Assembly: GCA_038889235.1 (NCBI GenBank) | Contig: JAWAHN010000001.1 | Location: 300,001 to 332,000 of the forward strand | Reading direction: 5' to 3' | Length of the DNA: 32,000 nucleotides | Source of the DNA: Candidatus Jordarchaeales archaeon | GTDB lineage: Archaea > Asgardarchaeota > Jordiarchaeia > Jordiarchaeales > Freyrarchaeaceae | Shown: one piece after another, positions 16,511 through 26,725 of the stretch | How the letters are laid out: every line of letters starts with the position of its first letter | Position numbering within the stretch: position 1 is the first letter of the stretch | Program-made: the position numbers and the translations under genes | The notes under the pieces: generated by a model | The model's database searches: none | The model's input: only the letters and a program-made list of their open reading frames with translations | What the model was told of the DNA's origin: nothing

Positions 16511-18914
16511 TTATACTTTGAATTTCACAGGTGGTGACCAGCCGGTGCAACACGTTGTCTTCGCTTGGTCTAGACTGCGTAAGCGTGAGCGGATGGCATA
16601 GGTCCCAGGAGAGAGATCGGTGATGGTGATGCGTAGATCGCGGATACCTTCTCGTATGGTTCTCCAGTCTCCGTCGCCCACTTGAAGTTGGACATCAAAG
16701 CCCACACCGTCAGGTGGAAGCAACGTACCTAGTTCTACTTCTACTTTGGCGCCTGTAATGGATACTATACGGTCAGGTATCTCTATGGTTCCCCGCATCC
16801 CGGAGACCATGTCACGGTATTCAAAGGTGCCGGCCCAAGGTATTTTTGTCCACCAAGTCTCTATGTAGTGTGAGCGCTTCCCTCTTATGAGCTGAGAGTC
16901 CCAAAGGTTTAAGCCGCTGGACTCGGTAACCGAGTGGTAATCTTCACCGACGTTGGTCCACTCGAAGCGGTCACCTATATTGCCCGTCACTCGCTCGGGT
17001 ATGAAGCCGTTATCTTGGATTATTATCTGGTGGGTGGGTGTTGGGTCAGGGGGGATAACTGGTAGTTCCAGCCATGAAAGATAGTCTGGTCCCGTATGGA
17101 TAAAGGTATCCTTGCATTTTGGCGAGAACGACTGGTACATGGAACCTCTCAAAATGAGGGATGAAAGGAAAGAAAACAGTCTCCTACGAGAGTAAGCCTC
17201 GCCCTTTCGCTTGTAGGGACCACAGTGGATGGTTAGCCCAATGCGGTGGCCGGCCTTGAAGAGCATTGCTGTGGGCCAGATCTCGACGTCCACGGCCACG
17301 GGCACACCAGGAGTCAACCAATCGTTCCGTTTAAAGAGATAGAAAGGCTGATGAGGCTTAGAGCGCTCCGGGTCTAAAGCCCGCATGGACGCACGCAGCC
17401 AACCACGGGTGACCGGTTCGTCGGGTGAGTCGGCGAAAACATAGCCAAAGCGCGTTTCACGCCCTTTTTCGTCGAAGTCGCGCACCTCGACTGTGAGATC
17501 TACATCCTGGGAAAGTGTGGATATCCATAGGTGGGCGACTAATGGTCCTACTACGGCTATGTCTCGAGGTAAAGGTTCGGTTAAGAATGTAACCTGGCGG
17601 CTGCTCCCTGCCACCGGATCCTTGCGCCATTCTGCCTTCACGGAAGCGTTCTCGGTTGGTTCCTCAAATTTCAGAGTTCGGTCCCTGGCGTCCAGATACA
17701 GCTTAACCCACTGCGTATTCTCTAACGGCCAAGTATTCCCATAAACGTGAGTGAAAGTGTTTGACCCAGTGCGCAGGTGCACATCAACTGCTGGTTCCTT
17801 ATCGATGCCGGTGTCTACGCCCTTTAGGTAGTGGTCGAAGAATCTCAGCACCATGCGGTTGGCCCAAGGTTGGTAGGCAGAGCCCCAATGGGTTCCACTA
17901 TACAAGACTAACTTCTTCTTAGGGCTTCGTGCATGAACGAAGGCGTTAACGTTACCGCGGAGGTGTAAATCGGGATCTCCGAGGTTGCCCACTGAAAGCA
18001 TAGGCACCTCGATGAGGTGGAGTGCGAGGATTCCTGGATTGTCGGGGCTTCGCCCGGACATGCCATATTCCCAGATCTCGTCGAAGTAAGGATGAGTGAG
18101 TAGCATTTTCAGGTATTTCTTAGCAACAAAGGGGTTGTTAGCGATTAGTTGCAACATAACCCCGAAGAGGAAGCCGAACCTAGAAAGGATTCCGCCCCTG
18201 TAAGCGATATCCCTGTACGGGTCGGTGAGACCCTCCCAAGGAACAATGGCCTTTAGGTGTGGGGGATGTAATCCAGCTACCCAGTACTGGGACATGGCAT
18301 ACCAAGAAATGCCAAACAGCCCGACGTTGCCGTTGCTCCACGGTTGGCTGGCCGCCCACTCGATAGCATCATAATAATCTCGGATCTCTTGGAAGTCTAG
18401 GGCACCTGTGCACCCCTGCGAGCCCCCATAGCCACTGGTATTAAAAGAGATATACACATATCCTCGCGGCACCCAGTAGTCTGGATTAGCCTGCTCAAAT
18501 TGCTGAAATCTCGTTTTCACGCCCCCGTTATCATCAACGCCGGGCAGTACATTAAGGTAGCGCGGATAGGGAGCCTCAGCCATGATCACTGGAAATTTTC
18601 CTGGTGCATTAGGGCGGAAAATATCCCCACGCAGTTTCCTCCCATCTCGCACGGGGATTTCCACATTCTTTTCAAAAATCACGTCGTAAACTGGTTGGCT
18701 TAACCCGTAATCATAGCGGCCGTCGTCTGGGCGTATGGAGAGAGGTGGGATAGAGGGGGAAGAAGGAAATCTGGCAGCAAGGAACCATTTGAGAAGCTTA
18801 AAAAAACGGCCACCACAAAAAAGACAGAATGTCTAATCCTAAACATAAAAGGCGTATCTTAACTGGACTGAAAGGGTATCCTTTGCGTTCTCCCCGCGAT
18901 GCTTTCTTAAACAT
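16511..18914 (-). CDS. CocE/NonD (S15) hydrolase with C-terminal cupredoxin-like and beta-sandwich domains; N-terminus joined via a +1 frameshift at 18800-18806
   Basis: IPVRDGRKLRGDIFRP, GISWY nucleophile, IVPWEG..D.YRD, GDPDLH, GTHWG, VEIWPT. The main frame is open upstream of GTG 18682 to 18832 without a start codon. ATG 18914 with a GGAGGT RBS is in the neighbouring frame and ends at TTT-TTT-TAA. Confidence 0.85.
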
Positions 18915-19488
18915 GCCTACCTCCCCCCGACAAAGCGCTCTCTTCCCTCCTTCCACACTTGAAATAAATTTGCACTACCCTCACTATTATATTTCTTTCG
19001 ACTCTTAGGAGGATCCTGTATCTACGTAAGCACATACAGCAAATTGTTTTTGAGAGTGGAGTATGTTTCTCATGTTTTTAATTTGTTCAGTGAAAAACGA
19101 ATCAAACAAGTTCAATATATGATTCGTTAAGGAAGCCATTTAACTTGAAGGAGTAGGCGTGTGTTTTTAAGGCAGAGCCGCGGCGAGTTACTAAGTAGCC
19201 CGGCATTGACGAGTTGCATTACAGCAGATTTTGTGGAATTGTTGCTTCAAGATTGCAGTGAGGAGGAGGGTTAAGGGGGCTTTCAGCGTAGCTGAGAAGT
19301 AACGTAATTTGTAAGGCCAGCGAGCGATCTCTATGGTTTTTATGTCTGCAGTTAAAACTTGCTCGAACGGCTGAACAGGGGAGAGATTTGAGACATTATA
19401 CGTTTAGCCACCGTGACGTTGCTGACAGCGATTATGTTTGAAAAACTATTTCATCTAAAAACTAAGTTTTTAAGTTGTAGATTGCAAG

Positions 19489-20070
19489 TCAGTTGAAGTA
19501 CTTTTCGAGTTCGCCCTCTTTTTCAAGCTGGCGGAGCCAGTTTATTCTTCCAACGCGATACCTTTCCCCCATTCCAGAGATTATTTCCAGTACTTCTTTA
19601 GCCGACTCGTCCGGCGTTTTTAGCGTGGTGTCTACTTCGTAAACTTTCTCCCATCCGTATGCTTCGACAGCGTCGTAAGTGCACACCCCCAGTATTTCGG
19701 CTTGCACGTTTTCGCGGATCTTATTTTCGCTCCACCCTCTTTCGGCGAGCCGCCTCCACAACTCCCTTGGGTGCGTTCTCAAAACGACGGCTTCTTCAAC
19801 CCAGTCATCCGGCATCACGTCGGCATAGTGTCCCTCAACAATAAGCCGGCCTCCGGCGTCGACCGCTAGGCGCTCTACTTCGGGCACCAGCTTCTCCACG
19901 TCGGCAATAAGGCTGCCCCTCTCCTCGTCGACTCCGAGAAAAAGTCCTTTCTCTTTGACGAGGTCGCCTAGGCTAACCCACCTAACCCCTGTCATCCTGG
20001 AAACTATGCTGGCAAGCGTGGTTTTCCCCGTCCCCGGTGTGCCGCTGATCACTATTAGCTGTATTTCCAT
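19489..20070 (-). CDS. Adenylate kinase 6 / Fap7-like (archaeal AdkA)
   Basis: IVISGTPGTGKTT, LIVEGHY (hhhxxH motif), VLRTHP..L..RL.ERG..E.KI.EN..AEI. Confidence 0.92.
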   Translation of the reverse strand: MEIQLIVISGTPGTGKTTLASIVSRMTGVRWVSLGDLVKEKGLFLGVDEERGSLIADVEKLVPEVERLAVDAGGRLIVEGHYADVMPDDWVEEAVVLRTHPRELWRRLAERGWSENKIRENVQAEILGVCTYDAVEAYGWEKVYEVDTTLKTPDESAKEVLEIISGMGERYRVGRINWLRQLEKEGELEKYFN

Positions 20071-20206
20071 GTTAGTAGGCCTCCCGCCAGCGGGTGTGCC
20101 GACAAGGAGTATGCACGATTATAAATGTTCTTCTCCTGGTGAAAAGATTTAAGGGATGTCTTACTCTTCTTATAAGGAGGTTTGTTTTGCGCGGGGAGGT
20201 GGATGT

Positions 20207-22093
20207 TTGAATAGTTTCCTGAAAGAATTCTTCAATGTTATCGTTAAAGTGGTTGATGGGTTTTCTGACGAAGGTTATCGCTCCTTTGCTGTCTCTCTCC
20301 TGGTGTCAACCCTTATGCGGAGCGAGGTTGATGCTGCAGTTTTCCCTATGAGTGAGGTTGTGAGCTTAGTTGAAAGGGTGCCTAAGAGGGAGGTTAAAGC
20401 GTTACTTTTAGGGGAGTGTGGTTTGAGGTTTGCGAAGATGGGAAGGTTGGATGAGGCGGAGGAGGCTTTTAGGAGGGCTTTGGAGAACTTGAAAGAGGCT
20501 GGAGAGGAGGCGGTTAGGGAGGTTTTTTCTAGAGTGGCTGTGAGAGTGGCTGAGGCCGCTGTTATCGGCAGGCGGAGGACGCTCTTAGACTTGATTTTCG
20601 AGGGGCTGCCTTACGCTGATGCTTTTAGTAGGGCTGTGGCTGTGGGCGCAGTCGCTGTTAGCTTGTGTGCTTTGAGGAGCGGCGAGCTTGAAGGAGCACT
20701 CAACATGTTTCTTGAGGCAATAAAGATGCTCGCAACTCCAAGTAAATGTGTTAGGGTGCTTGTTGAGGTTGCAGGGTACCTCGCGAAGATGGGTGAGCAA
20801 GGATGGGGGAGGGAGCTTTTGAGTGAGGCGCTTAAATGGGCTAGGAGGGGGGCCCGGGACGAGAGAGACATGCTCTTGATGAAAGTTGCCAGAGGATTTT
20901 TACGGGTTGCTGAGGCCACCAGCTCTGTTGAAGATGTCGAGAGGGCGTGGACTGTTGCTTCAGAGATCGAGGACACTTACAGGAGGGCGTGGGTTGAAAA
21001 CGACGCCGTTACCATGCTGGTTAGAATGCGTGGCGACGGAAATGAAAAAGTGATGAAGGCAAGAGCCCTAGCCGAGAGGATAGTTGAGAAGACTGTTAGA
21101 GCATGGGCTATGCGGGAAATTGCAGCCTCATTGCTGGGGCAGGGGCTTGTTGAAGACGCCGTGAAGCTCCTCAGTGAGGCTGCTGAAATAGCGAGGGGTA
21201 TACTTTCAGACAAGGACAGGCTGCCCGTCCTCAAAGACATCGTTATAGACCTTGCCAGAATAGGGGGAAGCACGGGCAACGAGAAGTTTATAGAGGAAGC
21301 TTTGGAGCTTAGTGGTGAGGTCAGAGGTGATGCGAGGTATTACTCGTTTGCGCTTCAGAAGATAGCTGTTGAAATGCTCAAAGCCAGGGAGATAAGCGCT
21401 GAGCAGATGGCGAAGGTGATCAAAGTTTTGGAGGGAGCGGAGCCGAGCTTCCAAGAGCTTGCAATGTGTGAGCTGCTGGAGCTCGTTGAGACGAAAGGGG
21501 GCGAGGTCGACGAGGTTTTCGACGTTATTTTAGAGTGGGCCGAAAGTGTTAAGGACCCGTTTTACAGGGCCTGTATAAAGGAGAGGGTTGCGGAGGGTCT
21601 CCTGAACTGTGGGAGAGTCGATAGGGCTGTAGCTCTTGTAAGGAAATTATGTGAAAGCGCAGACGAGCTGGAGGAGCCTATGCGCTCCTCCCTTCTGGGG
21701 GGTTGCGCCATAACGCTAGCCAGGATAGCTGCTATGGGGCGAAGAGAATTTTGGGGGGAGGCGTTAGCATGCCTAAGGAGGCAAGCCGAGGTAAGCCGTA
21801 GGATCGACTGCACGATCCAAATAGTTGAAATGATGTTTAAGTCGGGGGAAAGTGAGGAGGCATGCAAACTTGTAGACGATGTGGAAAGAGAAGTGGATTC
21901 ACTCGAGAAACCCATTCCGAAGTACCTTCTAGGGAGGGAGCTTGCCCTCATACTCCTTGAGGCAGGATTCGCTCTTAAAAAGTGGAGTCTTGTTGAGAGA
22001 GCGGTGAGTCTCGTGCGGTGCGCTGAAGGGGTGGGCAAAAAAGCCGAGTTCCTTCAAGAGCTGCTCGAGAAAGCTGTTGAGAATTCACGCTGA
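20207..22093 (+). CDS. Alpha-solenoid (TPR/HEAT-like) repeat protein
   Basis: Recurring A..IA..I.D...RA.A...IA..L helical units. GGAGGT RBS favours TTG 20207 over ATG 20156. Confidence 0.7.
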   Translation: MNSFLKEFFNVIVKVVDGFSDEGYRSFAVSLLVSTLMRSEVDAAVFPMSEVVSLVERVPKREVKALLLGECGLRFAKMGRLDEAEEAFRRALENLKEAGEEAVREVFSRVAVRVAEAAVIGRRRTLLDLIFEGLPYADAFSRAVAVGAVAVSLCALRSGELEGALNMFLEAIKMLATPSKCVRVLVEVAGYLAKMGEQGWGRELLSEALKWARRGARDERDMLLMKVARGFLRVAEATSSVEDVERAWTVASEIEDTYRRAWVENDAVTMLVRMRGDGNEKVMKARALAERIVEKTVRAWAMREIAASLLGQGLVEDAVKLLSEAAEIARGILSDKDRLPVLKDIVIDLARIGGSTGNEKFIEEALELSGEVRGDARYYSFALQKIAVEMLKAREISAEQMAKVIKVLEGAEPSFQELAMCELLELVETKGGEVDEVFDVILEWAESVKDPFYRACIKERVAEGLLNCGRVDRAVALVRKLCESADELEEPMRSSLLGGCAITLARIAAMGRREFWGEALACLRRQAEVSRRIDCTIQIVEMMFKSGESEEACKLVDDVEREVDSLEKPIPKYLLGRELALILLEAGFALKKWSLVERAVSLVRCAEGVGKKAEFLQELLEKAVENSR

Positions 22094-22201
22094 AAGTAGA
22101 GGATTGTAAGGAAACTAAACACTTCGGGGGTTTAAGAAAGGCCAAAAGTACCCGGTAAATTTTATAATCGCATCGCCGTTTTTTCTAACTTTTAGAAGTG
22201 G

Positions 22202-23641
22202 ATGGAGGGGTGTTGGACGAGCGGTCTCACGAGTAGTGTTGAAGTTCTAAAGTCTACTCTTGATAACAGGTTTGTGAGGTTTATGCTTAGGAGGTTTGTT
22301 GGATGGTGCGAGAAGGATGGAGCAAGAAGGTTAAGGGTTGCGTTAGAGCTGTTTTCTGGTGTGAGGAGGAGCGCTTGTTACACTTGCAGCCATCTCGTGA
22401 GGCCTATTGTGGAGTGGGCTATTAAGAAAGGGGGTGAAGCTTTCGGAGTATCGGACGATGAGTTGAGAAGGCGTTTCCGCAACGCTTACTGGTGCACTGG
22501 TTTGATGGATGTCATTTTGGGGATAGCTAAGTTCGGAGTCAGGAAACCGTTTGTCCCAGGAGCACCTTTCCTAGTCGTTTGGGATTACACTTACGCGTGC
22601 AACTTGAAGTGCAAGCACTGTTATGCTTCTGCAGGTGTACCATTGGAGGACGAAATGAACTTTGAGGAGAAGCTGCGTGTTGCGAGAAGCTTGGCAAACG
22701 CCGGGGTTACCGCTATAGCGTTCTCCGGCGGTGAGCCGCTTATCAAAAAAGACATATTCACCTTGATGAAGGAGCTAAGGGATATGGGGGTCTTCGTCGC
22801 TGTCGCCACCAATGGTACGCTCATAACAAGGGAGATGGCGAGGATGCTGAAGGAGGCTGGAGTCGGCTTTGTTCAAGTGAGCCTTGACGGCAGCGCACCA
22901 GAAGTGCACGACAACTTCAGGGGCGTGACTGGAGCTTACGAGAAGGCGCTCCAAGGCATAAAGAACTGCATTGAGGAGGGATTGTTCGTCGAAGTTTCAA
23001 CCACAGCGACGAAAATTAACTACGGCGAGATAAGTAGGATCGCAGACCTCTGCGAGGAGCTAGGCGTAAACTGGTACATGGTGTTCAACTTCGTACCGAC
23101 AGGGAGAGGACGCTTCATAATCGAGAACGATTTAACTCCAGACGAGAGAGAAGAGCTTCTAACATATCTTTGGAAGAGGATGCGTAAAGGAGGAAAAGTA
23201 GAGTACCTTTCAACGGCCCCACAGTTTGCCAGAGTGGCACTCCAGCAGGAAGGGGATGTGAAGAAGATACCGGGGCATTTCTACAATCCTGAGCTGTACG
23301 GGCAGTTAGAGAGCCTCGGCGAGTTCATAGGTGGGTGTGGAGCCGGACGCATGTACGCGGCCCTAAAGCCGAACGGACTGCTTCAGCCATGCGTCTTTAT
23401 GCCACTCACCGTTGGCAACTTGAGAGAAGACTCCTTCGAGGAACTCTGGAGCGAACACCCAGTTTTCGAAACACTCAGGGATAGGGATAGGCTTAAGGAG
23501 AACTGTAGGTCTTGCCCCTACAGAGATTACTGCGGCGGATGCAGGGCGAGAGCTTATGGTTACTTTGGCGACATAACAGCTCCAGACCCCGGATGCGTAA
23601 GGAACAAGGAATTCTTCGAAGCCGTCAGAAAGATGAACTAA
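22202..23641 (+). CDS. Radical SAM/SPASM-domain protein (AhbD/NirJ/PqqE-like, COG0535) with N-terminal extension
   Basis: CNLKCKHC, FSGGEPL, ATNGTL, QVSLDG; SPASM GCGAG...PNG..QPC...CRSC.YRDYCGGCRARA...DPGC. Confidence 0.92.
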   Translation: MEGCWTSGLTSSVEVLKSTLDNRFVRFMLRRFVGWCEKDGARRLRVALELFSGVRRSACYTCSHLVRPIVEWAIKKGGEAFGVSDDELRRRFRNAYWCTGLMDVILGIAKFGVRKPFVPGAPFLVVWDYTYACNLKCKHCYASAGVPLEDEMNFEEKLRVARSLANAGVTAIAFSGGEPLIKKDIFTLMKELRDMGVFVAVATNGTLITREMARMLKEAGVGFVQVSLDGSAPEVHDNFRGVTGAYEKALQGIKNCIEEGLFVEVSTTATKINYGEISRIADLCEELGVNWYMVFNFVPTGRGRFIIENDLTPDEREELLTYLWKRMRKGGKVEYLSTAPQFARVALQQEGDVKKIPGHFYNPELYGQLESLGEFIGGCGAGRMYAALKPNGLLQPCVFMPLTVGNLREDSFEELWSEHPVFETLRDRDRLKENCRSCPYRDYCGGCRARAYGYFGDITAPDPGCVRNKEFFEAVRKMN

Positions 23642-24273
23642 CCAATAGTTTGAGAATCTTTTCCTACTTTAAGTCGCCGAACATTTTTGAGGAAAAACCC
23701 CCGGGGACTGCAGCGACATTCCAAACAGGTTGGTGACACCTCCCATCTTTTAATGAATGAGGCTACAATAACCCTACTTTTATCTAGGCTTGGAGCAGAA
23801 GGGGGGGCGCATTAACAATGCGATGGCTCAGCTCTCAGTACTTCTGATTAACAACACTTAGAAAAGAGGTGTCAGCGAACTTAAATCATTGCCAGCCGAA
23901 TACTCGAATGGCTTCATGCTATCAGTTGTAGCACATACCACGCTTGTTGTGAATGCTGTGAGGAGACTGTATGCTGCCCCAGTAAGGATGAAAAATTAAC
24001 CCTTAATTGGCATCTTTGCGCTTTTTTCGCTTAATTGAATGTGCAATTTTTGCGTTCCGGAAATCCCTAAGCCCCTCCCCCGGGAGAGCTGCAAAGGTGC
24101 TTTCTCGTTTCCCAACCCCCTCACTTTCGCTCCCCCCTTTGGGGGTTTTCGTGGATGGAAAAAGTTTTTCTAGCAGACATTACGGCTAGTTCCTTCAAAT
24201 TCTCCTAGCACAACAGTCCCCCGGAATCTTCCAAGCGCTGGAATGGTTTAAGAAGGAGTGAAGGTGGTTTGTG

Positions 24274-25611
24274 ATGGCATTTAAGGGAACAAAGTTTGTG
24301 TTGACACTCATGATAATTATAGGTACACTGGGCCCTATAGGTGGGAACCTGATTATCCCCATGATTCCTGTCTTGAAGAACGAGTTTTACACTGACATAT
24401 CTGTGATAATGCTTTCGGTCACGCTTTTCATGATTCCATCTGCACTCGTCCAGTTTTTCTCGGGCAGCCTGTCGGATGTTTACGGTAGGAGGCCACCTAT
24501 AGTAGCTGGACTGGTCACTTATGGTTTAAGTTTTCTCCTTGCATCCGCAACGAGCAACATATGGTGGTTTGTGGCGACGAGAATCCTGCAAGGTGTCGGA
24601 AGTGCGCTTGCAACACCAGTCCTAATAGCCGTTATAGGAGACCTGACGGACGAGACGAACAGAGGGAGGTGGATGGGGTTTTATAGCTCGGCTTTGAGAG
24701 CAGGCATAGCTCTTGCCTCGTTTGTGGGTGGGGTAATGGCATACCAGTGGAGACTGCTATTCGTCGTGATGGGGGTTTTAGGCTTGGTAGTCGCAGCCTG
24801 CTCTTGGATTTGCCTAGGAGGGTTAAAAGGCGAGAGAGGCTCGGGAGGCGAGATGATAAAGAACATGAAGGAAGTTGCGAGGAACAAGGGAGTTCTCGCC
24901 CTGAGCGCTGCCGGGTTTATAACATTTTTCTCCTACGTTGCCCTCATATCTATAACGTCGGACGTGCTCACGAGCTTCCCATACTTCATGGATCCCAGCT
25001 CGGTTGGACTCATACTCTCAGTGAGCGGGATCGCCGGGGTTATCTCTGCCTCTCTAGCAGGGTTCATAGCGGACAAGTTTGGCAGGAAGGCCATTTCATC
25101 GGCGGGCGCTGTCATAGCGTCTCTCTCCCTGCTAGCTCTTGCCGCCGTCACACTATACCCGTCACCTCTCTTCCCATTCTACTACATACCCAACGTACTC
25201 GGACAAGAGATTGAAAGAGTTGGCTTTCAGATGCTCGTCTCCCTGTCCTTATTCCAGAGCTTTCTAAGGGCGGCCACTGCGGAAGCCTTCATGCACTTCA
25301 TAGTTTTGATGAGCATAATGGGGGTCGGAATATCCTTCACCTGGCCAGCCCTGCTCGCCCTCTCCGTAGAAATCATCCCTCCACGTCAAAGAGGGGCTGC
25401 ATCGTCACTCTTTAACGGTATGAGGTTCCTCGGCTACGCCGTAGCGCCGACAATGTTTACGCCTATATATCTCAACGCCGGGCTGGACGCAGCGCTCCTC
25501 CTCAGCTCTCTAATGCTAGGCCTAGTGATCGTGATGGTTCACGTAGCAACAGGCAGCCAAGCTAAACCGGTCGGAGAGACAGAAGACCGCTCGAAGCACA
25601 CGCCGCAGTGA
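24274..25611 (+). CDS. MFS transporter (DHA1/Bcr-like)
   Basis: GSLSDVYGRRP and GFIADKFGRK motif A in both halves, RILQGVG, about 12 hydrophobic segments. Confidence 0.9.
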   Translation: MAFKGTKFVLTLMIIIGTLGPIGGNLIIPMIPVLKNEFYTDISVIMLSVTLFMIPSALVQFFSGSLSDVYGRRPPIVAGLVTYGLSFLLASATSNIWWFVATRILQGVGSALATPVLIAVIGDLTDETNRGRWMGFYSSALRAGIALASFVGGVMAYQWRLLFVVMGVLGLVVAACSWICLGGLKGERGSGGEMIKNMKEVARNKGVLALSAAGFITFFSYVALISITSDVLTSFPYFMDPSSVGLILSVSGIAGVISASLAGFIADKFGRKAISSAGAVIASLSLLALAAVTLYPSPLFPFYYIPNVLGQEIERVGFQMLVSLSLFQSFLRAATAEAFMHFIVLMSIMGVGISFTWPALLALSVEIIPPRQRGAASSLFNGMRFLGYAVAPTMFTPIYLNAGLDAALLLSSLMLGLVIVMVHVATGSQAKPVGETEDRSKHTPQ

Positions 25612-26189
25612 GCACGCCTCTTTCTTCTCCCCCCGGCGAGGAGCCCCATTTGGGCTTGAAAGTTTAAAGTCGTATCATCGTACGAGCACTTTGCAAGAAC
25701 TGCCTCAGAGGGGGGCGGCTTCGAAGTAAGGCGCCGGCAGAGCTAAGAACATGTTAGGCTCAAAATTGCTAGCCATTTGAAGCTACAAGTGCCTTGGTGT
25801 ATTTGGAAGGGCGGTCCTCACCGTTCCCGGGTCAAGACGGGTCAACTCTTTTCACAGTGGGTTGTTCTTATCGAAACACTTGCCCGTCAATGTGACACTC
25901 TACTTACCTTTGCTTAGCGTGTCATTGTAGCGCAGCATGCATCGAAAGAGGAAAAGACTGGCCGACGTTTATTTCATGAAAAAGCGGGTCTATGTGTTGC
26001 TGGCTTGGTGGGGGGCAGGCTTTTCAATGAGCAGTGGAACCTTGATGGTGAATGAACCTATCTTTAAAGGACGGGCAGAACCCGTCCCCCCTCGAAACGT
26101 AAAAACCATTCTCAGCGGTCACCAGCCTACCATGGAATTAAACCCTTTGTAAGCGTAGAGCGCACTGTTCACGGGGAAGTAATGTCACA

Positions 26190-26538
26190 CAGAAGCTCAT
26201 TAACCCGTCCCGGAAGTCGCCTAATCTTCCCGCCGATTTATGCACACTTCCAGTTCTAAGAGCACACGCCACAGCTATTTTCACATCTTCGTCCCCAGGC
26301 TTTCCGCTTCTCAGCCTCCTTTTCAGTGTGCTCGCTTGGAGCTCTCTCCAGATTGCCACTATTCCTCGAAGGCAATTACCAACGGTTCAATGCTAGGTTT
26401 TCGGCGGATGTTTTACACTTCCGCTAAGACTGCAGGCGTGAATAACCGATATATAGAGTCGTTTTGTGCCACAATAGACCACCCGGTTGGCAGCATACAA
26501 GGCAGTGGACGTTGCGAAAAGCACCACTCTTCGCTCAT
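26190..26538 (-). pseudogene. Probable highly degraded PIN-domain gene
   Basis: Fragments in shifting frames: MSE.VVLF.TSTALYAA, LFTPAVLAEV*NIRRKP, PGDEDVKIAVACAL. An ATGA-type overlap with a short upstream helical frame resembles a vapBC junction. Confidence 0.35.
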
Positions 26539-26725
26539 GCCATTGTACGCCTAAGTCGCAGAAGTGTCTCCACTTCGGCCTGCCCGGACAGAGAAGTTTA
26601 CATTAAAAGCCGGGTGGTATCTTGTCAGGTGCCTACAACTGGAGGCAACAGTGCCCGGGGGAATGGGTGCGGGTTGGGAGACATGAACTAAAAAAGGGAA
26701 GTTTAAAAGAGTGGTATGCGATTTG

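Noticed and set aside
18699-18846. Third-frame ORF MFRIRHSVFFVVAVFLSF... resembling a signal peptide for CocE
   Set aside because: It has no RBS and needs a different shift with no obvious slippery site; ATG 18914 with GGAGGT explains the leader better.
25690-25760. GC-rich stem (CTGCC...GGCAG) as a possible SECIS or sRNA
   Set aside because: No selenoprotein in the window and no diagnostic motif.
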